64,000 nucleotides of DNA from Candidatus Latescibacterota bacterium (GTDB lineage: Bacteria > Latescibacterota > UBA2968 > UBA8231), in NCBI GenBank assembly GCA_965206595.1, contig OZ242214.1, positions 6,462,675-6,526,674 of the forward strand, in the 5' to 3' direction. Both the position numbers and the translations under genes were made by a program. The notes below the pieces were generated by a model, which was not told where the DNA came from, did not search any database, and saw only the letters and a program-made list of their open reading frames with translations. This document shows, in pieces, positions 37,483-47,252 of the stretch (position 1 is its first letter; every line of letters starts with the position of its first letter).

Positions 37483-40157
37483 TCGACCCGCATGTGGATG
37501 AAAACTTCGCTGGAATGTCGCGAGCCGACCGAGCTGTTGTGCGCAAAGTCGAAGCGACTGGCTTTGTAGCCCATCAGGAAACTGGTGTCGTAGCCGATGT
37601 AGTTGTCCCGCGTCTGCACGGTAAAGATGAAGTGTTCGGCGTCGAAGTCGTCGGCAGGTGCAGGCTCGCTGCGAAAGCGATGTTTGAACAGGAGGGGAAA
37701 TCCCTGGACCCCGGCGCGCACCACCGTGCGCGGGGACGCCTGATAGTCGAGGCGCAGGATCGGGAAGAAGGTGTAGTCCTGAATCAACGCTTCTGCCCCA
37801 TCCGAGGCGGTCTCTCGCGCCGTCGTGAACTTGACCATCGGCATGAGCGAGAAGGAACGCCATTTGCGCAGGTAATCGGCCTTGGCGACAGCCCTCCACC
37901 CACGCAGGGTGCGTTCTTCCCGGATCGTCTGAGCTTGCTCGACCTCCTCGAGCTGGTTGTTTTGCTCGTAGCGCAGAATGGTTTCCAAGCGCAGAGTGGA
38001 AACCGGGCGCAATCGACATCGAGCGAACAGGGTATTGACCAGGCTGTTGCGCATCTCCAGCGGATCGGGGCGCACCTGGATCGAGAAATTCTCCAGCACT
38101 CGTGGATCGATCCTGAATTCGTAGGTACTGGAAGCGATGTCGTCGCGGACCCTCCTGCCCAGGTAGTTCAGCTCCAGGTGGCCGGCGGAAGACAGCTTGC
38201 GGTGGAGGTGCAAGCGCAGATAAGAAGTCCGGTTTTCGCCACCTCCAGCAGTCTGTTCGATATCGTACCAGCCAGCCGTTACGTCCAACGCAGGTGAAGG
38301 ACGGTAGCCGGCGAAGACGTGGGGTCCCCCCGAGTCGAGCTCGTAGGGGTAGTCGGGCCGGTTGTCGTTTTCGCGGACGTCGATGATACCATTGTTGTTG
38401 TAGTCGTCTCCGAATACGAAGTCTTCCGGCTCGACGTGGTACATGAGGAAGGGTTCCAGATAGTCGGGCAATCCATTGTCGTTGACATTGGTGTCCGGCG
38501 TGCCGTCCCCGTCCTCGTCCAGTCCCGGAAAGACCCCGAAACCGATCGCCTCGTTGGGAGACGGCACCAGGTTGCGATCCGCTTCCGGCGTGGGGCGGCC
38601 TACCGATTGCAGGGTGTATCGGGGGTCGAGGGGTTCCCAGTGCTCCCAGCTGTCCGCCCATTGGTCGCGGTCGTCGTTGTCCTCCACCATGTGGAAGACA
38701 TCGAACTGGTTGATATCTTGCCGCCAGTAAGTGAAATCCGTCGAAAAGGTGGCCGGCACCTCGAACAGTTCCAGCCCCAGCCGCCATGCTCCCACCGGTC
38801 GCTCCAGCGTCAGGTAGTAGGCGTCGCGCTGGCCCTCGAACCGGCGCCCTTCGAAAACCGGGTACTGGGAGAAGTCGAAGTTGCGCACGTACTCCCCCCT
38901 GAGAGCAAAATCATACAGTGCCAGATCGACATCGGCTCCGTACGTAGCGATCCCCGTGGAGGCGGAGTAGGAGAATCTCTTCCTCTGCGGGGTGGCATCC
39001 CCAGCCCCGGGGTTGCCGGGCGCCCGCAGCACGTTGTGCCAATCGTTCCAGGTGATGCCGACAACCCCCCGCCGGGGCAGCTCGGCTGCGACGTCGATGC
39101 TGTAGTCATGGGAGACGAGCGCCTCGAACTCGACCGCAGAGGCGCCATGGGGAACATCGAAGCGGTAGATGAGAACATCCGTGCCACTTGCCTCCAGGAA
39201 ATCCTCTGCGCTCGGCGCAACGACCGGAGCGTCGTCGATGAGATTGCGGAAAGAGGTCCAGGGAAGCACAGCGCTCAACCAGGACTGGCGCCGACGCAGG
39301 TGGGAAACATCCTCCACGGTCAGCTCGCGCTGGCGCTCGATGTCCTGCACCTGGCGGATTTCGGGTGTCAGATCAGCACGAGCTGTTCCATCTACCAGCA
39401 TCACCATGTCGTAGACTCTGGCGCCGGACCCATCGTCGGGTGAGTCGTCGCAGACGATGACGAACAGGGTCTCCGGGGGCTGCAGCTCGTTGGGGAGGTT
39501 GCCCTTCTGCGAACTCCTCTTGCTCCCGACCAGGCTGTCGGTGTAGTGGAGATTGACGTAGGAGGCTCCGAAGGTGAGCACATCGCCGAGGGTGCCTTCC
39601 CAGCGGCCACCGTAGATATAGTTGGCGAACTCCCGGCTGCGCAGGCCGCCGGAGAGGATGGGGTCCGACACGCGCGAGGCCACGATCGCGAAGCGGTTAC
39701 GGCGCGTCGCAGCATCCCAGCGCATGCCGTTGAGACGGGCGACGTTGAGGGTGAGAGGGGTGAAGGTGGACTCCACCGCCCTGCCGATCGTCAGCTTGCT
39801 GGACCAACTCCGGTAACTGTCGCTCGATATCACCAGATTCTGGAACAGGTTGGTCAGCGCGAAGTCCTTGAAGAGGAGGCTGCCATCGAAGGGGTCGATA
39901 CTGCGAAACTCCTCGAGGCGGAACACCTCGACCCCGTCGAGCATGTACATGCCGAAAGAATCGAAGGTCCGCTGCTCTTGATCGATGTCGTAGCCCCGGT
40001 AGCTGATGCTGGCGAGGTTCTCGTGCTCCTCCTGCTGCCAGCGTGGATAGGACTGGCGGTTGAGGAACTGGGCCTGGGTGTCTCGGCTGTCCAGCAGGAG
40101 ACTGAATAGCACTACCCCGCCGCCTACCGCGAGGCTTCTCACCCTGTACCTCTCCAT
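37479..40157 (-). CDS. Large outer-membrane-like protein, paralog A (892 aa)
   Basis: Signal peptide. FTPLTLNVARLNGMRWD. VFPGLDEDGDGTPDTNVNDNGLPDYLEPFLMYHVEPEDFVFGDDYNNNGIIDVRENDNRPDYPYE. Confidence 0.7.
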   Translation of the reverse strand: MERYRVRSLAVGGGVVLFSLLLDSRDTQAQFLNRQSYPRWQQEEHENLASISYRGYDIDQEQRTFDSFGMYMLDGVEVFRLEEFRSIDPFDGSLLFKDFALTNLFQNLVISSDSYRSWSSKLTIGRAVESTFTPLTLNVARLNGMRWDAATRRNRFAIVASRVSDPILSGGLRSREFANYIYGGRWEGTLGDVLTFGASYVNLHYTDSLVGSKRSSQKGNLPNELQPPETLFVIVCDDSPDDGSGARVYDMVMLVDGTARADLTPEIRQVQDIERQRELTVEDVSHLRRRQSWLSAVLPWTSFRNLIDDAPVVAPSAEDFLEASGTDVLIYRFDVPHGASAVEFEALVSHDYSIDVAAELPRRGVVGITWNDWHNVLRAPGNPGAGDATPQRKRFSYSASTGIATYGADVDLALYDFALRGEYVRNFDFSQYPVFEGRRFEGQRDAYYLTLERPVGAWRLGLELFEVPATFSTDFTYWRQDINQFDVFHMVEDNDDRDQWADSWEHWEPLDPRYTLQSVGRPTPEADRNLVPSPNEAIGFGVFPGLDEDGDGTPDTNVNDNGLPDYLEPFLMYHVEPEDFVFGDDYNNNGIIDVRENDNRPDYPYELDSGGPHVFAGYRPSPALDVTAGWYDIEQTAGGGENRTSYLRLHLHRKLSSAGHLELNYLGRRVRDDIASSTYEFRIDPRVLENFSIQVRPDPLEMRNSLVNTLFARCRLRPVSTLRLETILRYEQNNQLEEVEQAQTIREERTLRGWRAVAKADYLRKWRSFSLMPMVKFTTARETASDGAEALIQDYTFFPILRLDYQASPRTVVRAGVQGFPLLFKHRFRSEPAPADDFDAEHFIFTVQTRDNYIGYDTSFLMGYKASRFDFAHNSSVGSRHSSEVFIHMRVE

Positions 40158-40175
40158 GCGGGAATTCCGTCCCGT

Positions 40176-42347
40176 CTAGTAGACGACCGCTACCGTGCCG
40201 ATGCCGACCTCGGAATGGTCGCCGAGGTCGATCCCGACTCGATACAGGTAGTTGCCCGGGGGGACGAGATTGCCGTTCCGATCCACGCCGTCCCAGAATC
40301 CAGGCGTCTGCCCGGCCAGCGTCGCGTCCCGGGGATGGAGATAGGTGCCGGCGCTCAGGCGGACCGTTGGAAGGGTGCGCACCAGTCGACCGCTGAGATC
40401 GAAGAGGCGAATCTCGACGTCCTGAGGCTCGGCGAGTTTACTGATGACCAGTTCGATGACCGTGAAGTCATTGCGGCCATCGGCATTGGGAGTGATGACA
40501 CGAGGCGTGGCCTCGGCGCGCACGAGCAACTCGTCCAGCACTGCGGAGACAGAAACCGCCCACGATTTGAGCACCTCCCCCGTGGTTTCATCTACCAGGC
40601 GGTCTTCAGCAGCTTCCAGCGGATTGTCGGTGCCGGGAGCGAAGAGATGGGCCCGATAGTCGAACCGGGGCAAAAACTGGGCTGTAGTGAAGGGAATCCG
40701 TAGCGAGGTAACCCCGTCATCTGCCGCGATGGGAGGAGTGAAAGTCACGACGAACTGCTGGCGCAGGACATCGAAACCGCCGTCCACCGGCAAGGCTTCC
40801 CCATCCGGCCCTGTAACGCTGCCGGCCGCCTCGGCCCGGGAAGGGACGTCGATGGCCAGCTTCTCTACGCCGGCTTCGTCGCCCGAGAAATCCAGATTCA
40901 GCTCGTAGACGAACGTTGTATCGCGGCCCATGGGAACTGAGCGGGGACTGATCGAGGCCGATGCCTCGTCGACGGCGAGCGGCCCTTCGTCGAAGCGCAG
41001 CTGCAGGGAGCGCAGTGCCGGGGTACGGCTGTTGTCGCTGGTGGCGAGGTTCGCCCGGTACTGCAGCGAGGTCCGGGGTTCGGGAACCTCGGCAAAGACG
41101 CCGCTCTCCGAATAGGGGCGGCTCCAGTCGCTCCACTCCATGTCCGCTCCGGCGCTGCGAAACTGCAGGCTCAACTGTGTCCGTTCCGGCACCTCCGCCT
41201 CCCAGGTGACCAGGCCGAAGTTCTTCGGGGCAGCCGGCGCGTCGAACGCGAGAGGAGGCGACAGATAGCTGGCGCTCTCGGCGAAACCGGTGCCGAAGAC
41301 TTCCAACTCCGCGACGCTCGGTGACAGGCCGCGGGCTACCTCGGTCACGACGATTCTCAGGTGCCGCGCCGCCACGGCCGGGAAGCCGATCCCGGTCTCG
41401 CGAAACTCGGTGATCCCGAACAGGGCGCCCACTTCGGTCCAACGGGAGCGGTCGTCGCTGATCTGGACCGAGTATCCTCTCAGCGAGTTGCCTTCGAGTT
41501 CCTCGGCGTCGTCGCCTTCGGTGACCACGCGCACTCGATTGATGCTTCGGCGACGGCCCAGATCGACGCGGGCGAAGTCGTTGAGAGCCCCAGTCGTCAG
41601 GTTCCACGCCGTCTGGAGATCGCCATCGGTGATCTCGGCCGGGGCGGCGAACATGCCTGCGGCCAGATTCTGGCCGTCGATGAGGCGCAACTGCAAGGCC
41701 CCTTCCCCCTGCCGGCTCGTCTCGACGCCACCGGGAAAGCCAGCGATCGGCTCCACGTCCAGGCTGTGAAAGCCGGAGATCCGCGAACGGTCGAACGTCG
41801 CGTTCTGGACTCGCTGCCAGGGCGGTTCGTTGCCGATGTCGCCGTCGGTCAGCCAGGCGTCGTCTACCGGCTCCAGGCCGCTCCAGTACCAGGGCCCTGT
41901 CACGGTGCTGACGAACTGCTCATTCCCGGCGACGATTTCGACCATCAGGCCGGCACCCGAACCCGTGCCGTCGTTGTCGACCACCAGCGCCAGGTGGTTG
42001 TCGCCCTCCTCGAAGGTGACGGAATGCTCCTTCAGGGCGGTCCAGTCCGCACCGGCGCCGGCCCTCTGGCCGTTGAGGAAAAGCACGTACCGGTCCACGG
42101 CCGTGAGGCGGATTTCTCCCTGTCCCGAATCGGTGTTGAAATCGTAGCGGTACCAGGTCGTTGTCGGCCAGCGGTCGATCGACAGCATTTCGCCGTCTGC
42201 CGCCGTACTGCCGGCGACGATGAATGCCGCCCAGAGGGAGGCGATCAGAGCCGTGCGGAGTCCGCATTCCGCTACCACGACAACCTCCTCGCGGCGGTCC
42301 CCGGAACAGAGGGGTGCCCGGGAAATCCGCTTGTCAGAGACATTCAT
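40176..42347 (-). CDS. Secreted F5/8-type-C (discoidin) domain protein with T9SS type-B-like (CHU_C / FlgD-Ig-like) C-terminal domain; start codon uncertain
   Basis: ITDGDLQTAWN...RVDLGRRRSINRVRVV discoidin-like. C-terminal ITPNADGRNDFTVIEL...IRLFDLSGRLVRTL...GFWDGVDRNGNLVPPGNYLYRV. Confidence 0.6.
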   Translation of the reverse strand: MNVSDKRISRAPLCSGDRREEVVVVAECGLRTALIASLWAAFIVAGSTAADGEMLSIDRWPTTTWYRYDFNTDSGQGEIRLTAVDRYVLFLNGQRAGAGADWTALKEHSVTFEEGDNHLALVVDNDGTGSGAGLMVEIVAGNEQFVSTVTGPWYWSGLEPVDDAWLTDGDIGNEPPWQRVQNATFDRSRISGFHSLDVEPIAGFPGGVETSRQGEGALQLRLIDGQNLAAGMFAAPAEITDGDLQTAWNLTTGALNDFARVDLGRRRSINRVRVVTEGDDAEELEGNSLRGYSVQISDDRSRWTEVGALFGITEFRETGIGFPAVAARHLRIVVTEVARGLSPSVAELEVFGTGFAESASYLSPPLAFDAPAAPKNFGLVTWEAEVPERTQLSLQFRSAGADMEWSDWSRPYSESGVFAEVPEPRTSLQYRANLATSDNSRTPALRSLQLRFDEGPLAVDEASASISPRSVPMGRDTTFVYELNLDFSGDEAGVEKLAIDVPSRAEAAGSVTGPDGEALPVDGGFDVLRQQFVVTFTPPIAADDGVTSLRIPFTTAQFLPRFDYRAHLFAPGTDNPLEAAEDRLVDETTGEVLKSWAVSVSAVLDELLVRAEATPRVITPNADGRNDFTVIELVISKLAEPQDVEIRLFDLSGRLVRTLPTVRLSAGTYLHPRDATLAGQTPGFWDGVDRNGNLVPPGNYLYRVGIDLGDHSEVGIGTVAVVY

Positions 42348-42429
42348 CGAGCTTCTTTCGACCTCGCTGGCCAGAGCGGTGAGGTCGGGATACGATGGAG
42401 GCGACCATGTTGGGTGTCAAGCTTATCTG

Positions 42430-42458
42430 TTGAATTTCCCCATGCGTTTCATTATAAT
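42430..42458 (+). promoter_or_regulatory. Sigma70-type promoter TTGAAT-17bp-TATAAT upstream of the T9SS cargo gene
   Basis: Exact -35/-10 hexamers with a 17-bp spacer in the 224-bp divergent intergenic region. Confidence 0.45.
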
Positions 42459-42571
42459 GCGCTGGTTGTGGCGCCCAGTTTCAGCTATTCGGGAAGTTTG
42501 CCTGTGGATCGCCATAAAAAAACCTGTAACTGACTGATTTCTTTCACTTTCCCACCACAAAGGAGATAGCA

Positions 42572-44485
42572 ATGGCAAGATGGAAAAGTGTCAGCGCCGT
42601 AGCCGCATGTATCGCCATCGCAGGCGCGGCATGGGCTCAGGACGTCGACGAACCCAATTGGATTCCCACGGTGAGCGGTCCGCCTGAGGCGATGTCCGTC
42701 GAGGTGCCGGATGCCCTGCCAGCGTTCGACGGCAGCACACCCGTGGACCTTCCGTTCGAGATCGACCAGCCGGCCACGGTGTACGCGGCCGTCTACACCA
42801 AGGGGTTCAACCCGCCGGCCGTGCCTTTCATACCGAACGGCCGCTGGGATAACGACGCCCAGGAATGGGTGGACGGCACGCCGGGTGCCATCGCCCGCGG
42901 CGCGAATACCAACATCGATGTCATGGTGTGGCGCACACCCCAGGACGGAGTTCCCTTCAGTGCCGGCTCGCACTCGATTAGCTGGCCGGGTACCAATATG
43001 GAAGGCGATGCGATGCCGGCCGGGGAGTACCAGTTCTACCTCATCGTCCGGGGTGATAACACGCGCACCGTTGCCCGGGTGGCCAACGACGCCTGGAGCG
43101 CCTGGGCGATGGACTGGAGGCAGGATCCGCCGGTCGTCTGGGCGCCCTACGGCCGCAGGGGTTTCGAAGAGAGGTGGATAATCCGCAGTGTCATCGGCAC
43201 CGACTACGTGGCCAGCCCGGACGCCTACGAGATTTACGATGCGTCAGACTACATGAGGGGCATCAACGACGCAGGTGGCGAGCCGGACGCGATACTGCAA
43301 GCGAACGGGATTGAGCTCGATCCGACCGACGAGAATGTCCTCTACGTGACCATGTTTTCAGGGCCTTCCTCGGGCGTACACAAACTCCGCGCGACGGATG
43401 ACGGAACCTTCGAGCCGGTGACCGAGTGGGGCGAAAACGGCCATTTCCCGCTGCCGTCGAGAGTCTACAACTGTCACTGGTTCGACGGTGCTATCTGGGT
43501 AGACAGCTGGAATAGAACCGACTTCACTTCGACCGTGATCAAGCTGGACAAGGACACCGGCGAGGTCCTCCATGTAATCGACCTCGGCGACGTCTTCACC
43601 GGTGTCAATATCGACGCCGAAGGCAACGAGGTGCCCTGGTCCAACGGCCCGGTAGACACCGCGATGAACGAGAGGGGGGTCGCCGGGGTGACCCACTTCA
43701 ATCCCTGGACCCCCTTCGTCTCCCACGAAAGCGAGGTCCTCTGGGTAAACGACAACGGCGATGGTTGGGGCGACACCATCGACTGGGACCACGACAACGA
43801 TCCGGAGACCAGGAACGAGTCCGTCATGCGGCGAGCCTCGCAAAATATCAATCCGGGTCCGTTCGGCATGTTCTTTCAAGGGCCGAACGGTGACCAGGGT
43901 GTCTTCAGCCAATTTGTCGGAATCGTGCTCGGCCCCGATGGCAACGGCCTGGCTCGACTGAAAGTCGATGGCGCCGTCAATTTCACCTACGGAGGCATCC
44001 AGTACCACGAGTTCGGAAACCGCTACGACGGCTTTTACGACTCGATGGGGTTCGACAACATCTTCGACAGGCAGTTTATCGAACGGAACGAGTGGGACAG
44101 CGAGGAGCAGCCGAGCTGGCTGGTGCACACTCCCGGCGCAATCCGTCAGGGCCAGATCGGCGGCGAGACGGCGATCGTGGAAGAGCAGCGGGGTGTCGTC
44201 CCGGAGGAATACGGGTTGGGCGACAATTATCCCAATCCCTTCAACCCGATGACCACGCTTAGCTTTCAGATTCCCAACCGCAGCGAAGTGGTTCTCACGG
44301 TCTACAACGCAACAGGACAGGAAGTGGTACGGCTGGCGGACGGCGAGGTCATGAACGCCGGCTCCTACACCGCGACCTGGGACGGACGCGATGCGAGCGG
44401 CCGTTTGGTGTCGAGCGGCGTCTATCTCTATCGGATGCAGGCGGGGTCCTATACCGCCACCAAGAGGATGAGTCTGCTCAAGTAG
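42572..44485 (+). CDS. Secreted protein with T9SS type-A C-terminal sorting domain (Por_Secre_tail)
   Basis: Signal peptide MARWKSVSAVAACIAIAGAAWAQ. C-terminus GDNYPNPFNPMTTLSFQIP...VLTVYNATGQEVVRL...WDGRDASGRLVSSGVYLYRMQAG..TKRMSLLK. Confidence 0.8.
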   Translation: MARWKSVSAVAACIAIAGAAWAQDVDEPNWIPTVSGPPEAMSVEVPDALPAFDGSTPVDLPFEIDQPATVYAAVYTKGFNPPAVPFIPNGRWDNDAQEWVDGTPGAIARGANTNIDVMVWRTPQDGVPFSAGSHSISWPGTNMEGDAMPAGEYQFYLIVRGDNTRTVARVANDAWSAWAMDWRQDPPVVWAPYGRRGFEERWIIRSVIGTDYVASPDAYEIYDASDYMRGINDAGGEPDAILQANGIELDPTDENVLYVTMFSGPSSGVHKLRATDDGTFEPVTEWGENGHFPLPSRVYNCHWFDGAIWVDSWNRTDFTSTVIKLDKDTGEVLHVIDLGDVFTGVNIDAEGNEVPWSNGPVDTAMNERGVAGVTHFNPWTPFVSHESEVLWVNDNGDGWGDTIDWDHDNDPETRNESVMRRASQNINPGPFGMFFQGPNGDQGVFSQFVGIVLGPDGNGLARLKVDGAVNFTYGGIQYHEFGNRYDGFYDSMGFDNIFDRQFIERNEWDSEEQPSWLVHTPGAIRQGQIGGETAIVEEQRGVVPEEYGLGDNYPNPFNPMTTLSFQIPNRSEVVLTVYNATGQEVVRLADGEVMNAGSYTATWDGRDASGRLVSSGVYLYRMQAGSYTATKRMSLLK

Positions 44486-44518
44486 GCAAGCAGCAGACAG
44501 TCCTCACCACGGGCTCCT

Positions 44519-44568
44519 GGTCTGGGTGCGCGTCTTCCGCTGCGAGGCGCGCACCCAGACCCTTTTTT
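44519..44568 (+). terminator. Rho-independent terminator: 14-bp GC-rich stem (GGTCTGGGTGCGCG...CGCGCACCCAGACC) followed by CTTTTTT
   Basis: Perfect inverted repeat plus T6, 34 bp after the stop at 44485. Confidence 0.75.
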
Positions 44569-44659
44569 CATTCCGGGCAGGAAGCGGGGACCGCCCTCAG
44601 CGTCTGTTCCGACGACCTGTTCCTGCGCCAGCGCCAAGACAGACACCGGTCGGATTACC

Positions 44660-45925
44660 ATGACTTCACGTCCCCGGCGCGAAGAGCGTTTTTCCACTCC
44701 GTCAGATCTGCTCGATCTGCGCCTGCTCCGACGGAGAACACGCGAGTTTCTCTACTGGGGCTTGGGGATCGCGCTGGGTTGCCACCTGGGATTGGCTCTC
44801 TATCTGGTCCTCAGTCACAGGGAGGAGCCCGTAGCCAAACCGCAGACCGTGGAGTTCGTCGTGCGCCAGCCGCGTATGACCAAACCCTTCGAGTTGAAAA
44901 AGAAGCGGGTACCCCACAGGGTGATGACGCGCAAGGTCGCCACCGCCAAGCCCGAACAGGTGCGCACCCTGAGCAAGCGGATCGACCGACCGGATGTCTT
45001 CGGCACCGTGGCCACGGTCTCCTATACCGTGCAGGACAGTGCCGCCGTGGGTGACGAGGTGGTGATGCCGGCCCACAGTGCGGCGCAGGTCGCCAGCTTC
45101 AAGGAACCGGGGAAACGGATCAGCATGCAGGAGGAGTTCATCGATGTCCGCGCTCTGGATACGGGCAAATACAAGGCGCTCGTCATCCAGGATCCGCAGA
45201 ACAGGCAGGATATCAAAGGATTCGTCCACCTGGCCCTGGCCTGGGGGACCGACCTCGAACCGAAGGCGCCCAGAGCGGTACCGAAGCTGGTGGAAGCGAT
45301 GAACCGGTACACCAGCATCGAGGCGCGCGTGGACAACCATCTCTTCATCGACTCCAGCGAACTGCTCGAGACCCCGTTCGTGTACATCACCGCCGACGAC
45401 GCCTTCGAGATAACGGAGAAGGAGATCGAGAGCCTGCGCCGGTACCTGGAAAGCGGAGGGTTCATCCTGGCCGACAATGGAGTGGCAGAGCTGGAGTACG
45501 GACCGGGCGAGGCCTCTCTGCGCAAGATGTTCAAACAGGTGCTGGGCAACAAGGCGCGTTTCCAGAACCTTCCTCGGGATCATCCCATATATCACAGTTT
45601 CTTCGACTTCGACGGACCACCTCCGGGAGAGGAAGTCAGCCAGAAGGTGCGAGTGTCAGGAGAAAGAAGGGGTGTGCTGACGGGCGCAACCCGCGGCATC
45701 CAGCACGCTGTATCCAAACCAGCGCACTTCCTCGAGGGGATTTATCTGGGCGACCGGTTGGTGGCCGTGTACTCCGACAAAGCCTACGGCAAGTACTGGG
45801 AGCGGGAGTACGAAAACGAGCCGCAGTTGAAGATAGGGGTCAATATGGTCGTCTTCGCCTTGACCCAGCAGGGCTCCATTGCGCAGCAGCACATCGACTT
45901 CTACGAGCATTCCGCGAGCCGGTGA
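44660..45925 (+). CDS. DUF4159-domain membrane-anchored protein
   Basis: N-terminal TM helix. KGFVHLALAWGTD...PFVYITADDAFEITEKEIESLRRYLESGGFILADNG...HPIYHSFFDFDGPP fits the DUF4159 pattern. Confidence 0.6.
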   Translation: MTSRPRREERFSTPSDLLDLRLLRRRTREFLYWGLGIALGCHLGLALYLVLSHREEPVAKPQTVEFVVRQPRMTKPFELKKKRVPHRVMTRKVATAKPEQVRTLSKRIDRPDVFGTVATVSYTVQDSAAVGDEVVMPAHSAAQVASFKEPGKRISMQEEFIDVRALDTGKYKALVIQDPQNRQDIKGFVHLALAWGTDLEPKAPRAVPKLVEAMNRYTSIEARVDNHLFIDSSELLETPFVYITADDAFEITEKEIESLRRYLESGGFILADNGVAELEYGPGEASLRKMFKQVLGNKARFQNLPRDHPIYHSFFDFDGPPPGEEVSQKVRVSGERRGVLTGATRGIQHAVSKPAHFLEGIYLGDRLVAVYSDKAYGKYWEREYENEPQLKIGVNMVVFALTQQGSIAQQHIDFYEHSASR

Positions 45926-45939
45926 CGAGACAGGGGGAC

Positions 45940-47244
45940 ATGGCTGAGCGACTATCGAGGCGCGGGCGGCTTTTGTCCAGGATTGCGATCGCTCTGAGTC
46001 TGTTGGTGGCGGTAGATGGTTGTATCCTTTTTCCGCGGCACTACGACTACCGTTCCTCCCTGGTTTCGGCGATCTCCCAGGAACAATTGGAGACCGATCT
46101 GGGGGCCTACGAGGTGGACGAGAGCGGCCAGGTCTCCTTCCGTCTGGAAGGGTTGCGTATCGATGTGCGCCCGCTGACGGACGAGGAACTGAATCGACGC
46201 TATCCCGACGAGTCGTCCCAGGGAGAGCACTCCACCAATCCCTACACCTATGGCGACTGGGTGGATCCCAGTCGCGGCCATACTCCGGCCCGCTTCGTCT
46301 GTTTCGAGATTTCGGTGCACAACTACACCTACGCCAAGGTGGAGCTGAGCCCCACCGAAGCGGTGCTGAAGACGGACAAGGGGGAGCTCTTCCACGCTTA
46401 TGGTGTTTCCGCGCTCTCTTCGCCGTATGGCAACAGCTTTGAGCGCTACTACCGATCGCGCCGTGGACAGAGCGGTAACGAGTATTACCGTTTCGATTAC
46501 CGCATGGGGTTGGTGCGCAGCACCTATTTCGGTCGGGACGAACCGATCTTCAAGGGCGACAACTACAGCGGACTGATCGCTTTCGACGTTCCGCGACAGG
46601 AGGCGGAAAAGGTGCGTCTGGTGCTCGTGGACTTCGTCACCAAATTCGACAGTTTAGGGCGTCCCCTGGAGACGATGGACATCCCCTTCGACTTCTATCG
46701 CCAGATCGAAGTGGCGGAGAGGATCCAGGACCGGCAGCAGGTCGAAACCGCTACGACCGAGGTAATAACGGAAGGGCCGCGGAATATAACCGGGAACCTA
46801 CCCGGGGATGCCAGCAGGAGCGCCGCTGCGGTGAACGCCATGGTGAGGTCCCGCCTGAGTGAAGTGAATGGCTGTTTCAGTCAGTGGTTCGACGCCGGCG
46901 AGGCCGTGGCCGGCGAAGTGGTGATCGAGTTCACCATCGCTCCCAGTGGGCTGGTGGGGCGGTCCGAGGTCGTGGAAGCGAGCGTGGCCAACGACGAGGT
47001 GGGGCCATGTGTGGCTGAGCGCGTGGCGGCCTGGCGCTTCCGGGCCGCAGGCGAGGGGCTGGCCGGGTCTGCCTCGCCGGTGGATGACGGAACAACGGGG
47101 GAAGAGATCGACGATGGGGGAGGTGACCGCTCTTCCCGGCAGGGTGCAATTGCTGCCTCTCATGCCCTCCAACGACTGGCTTCCACTCAGGAGGTCACGG
47201 TGGTCTATCCGTTCCTTTTCCGGGCGGCGGACCAGGCGGAATAG
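45940..47244 (+). CDS. Hypothetical lipoprotein with TonB/AgmX-like C-terminal domain
   Basis: Lipobox LLVAVDGC; C-terminal region with NGCF...GEVVIEFTIAPSGLV...VGPCVAERVAAWRF. Confidence 0.5.
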   Translation: MAERLSRRGRLLSRIAIALSLLVAVDGCILFPRHYDYRSSLVSAISQEQLETDLGAYEVDESGQVSFRLEGLRIDVRPLTDEELNRRYPDESSQGEHSTNPYTYGDWVDPSRGHTPARFVCFEISVHNYTYAKVELSPTEAVLKTDKGELFHAYGVSALSSPYGNSFERYYRSRRGQSGNEYYRFDYRMGLVRSTYFGRDEPIFKGDNYSGLIAFDVPRQEAEKVRLVLVDFVTKFDSLGRPLETMDIPFDFYRQIEVAERIQDRQQVETATTEVITEGPRNITGNLPGDASRSAAAVNAMVRSRLSEVNGCFSQWFDAGEAVAGEVVIEFTIAPSGLVGRSEVVEASVANDEVGPCVAERVAAWRFRAAGEGLAGSASPVDDGTTGEEIDDGGGDRSSRQGAIAASHALQRLASTQEVTVVYPFLFRAADQAE

Positions 47245-47252
47245 GACTGGAG

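Noticed and set aside
42348-42571. Second TATAAT read on the opposite strand (palindromic cattataatg) as promoter for the minus-strand envelope operon
   Set aside because: No acceptable -35 at 16-18 bp on that strand. Left unassigned.
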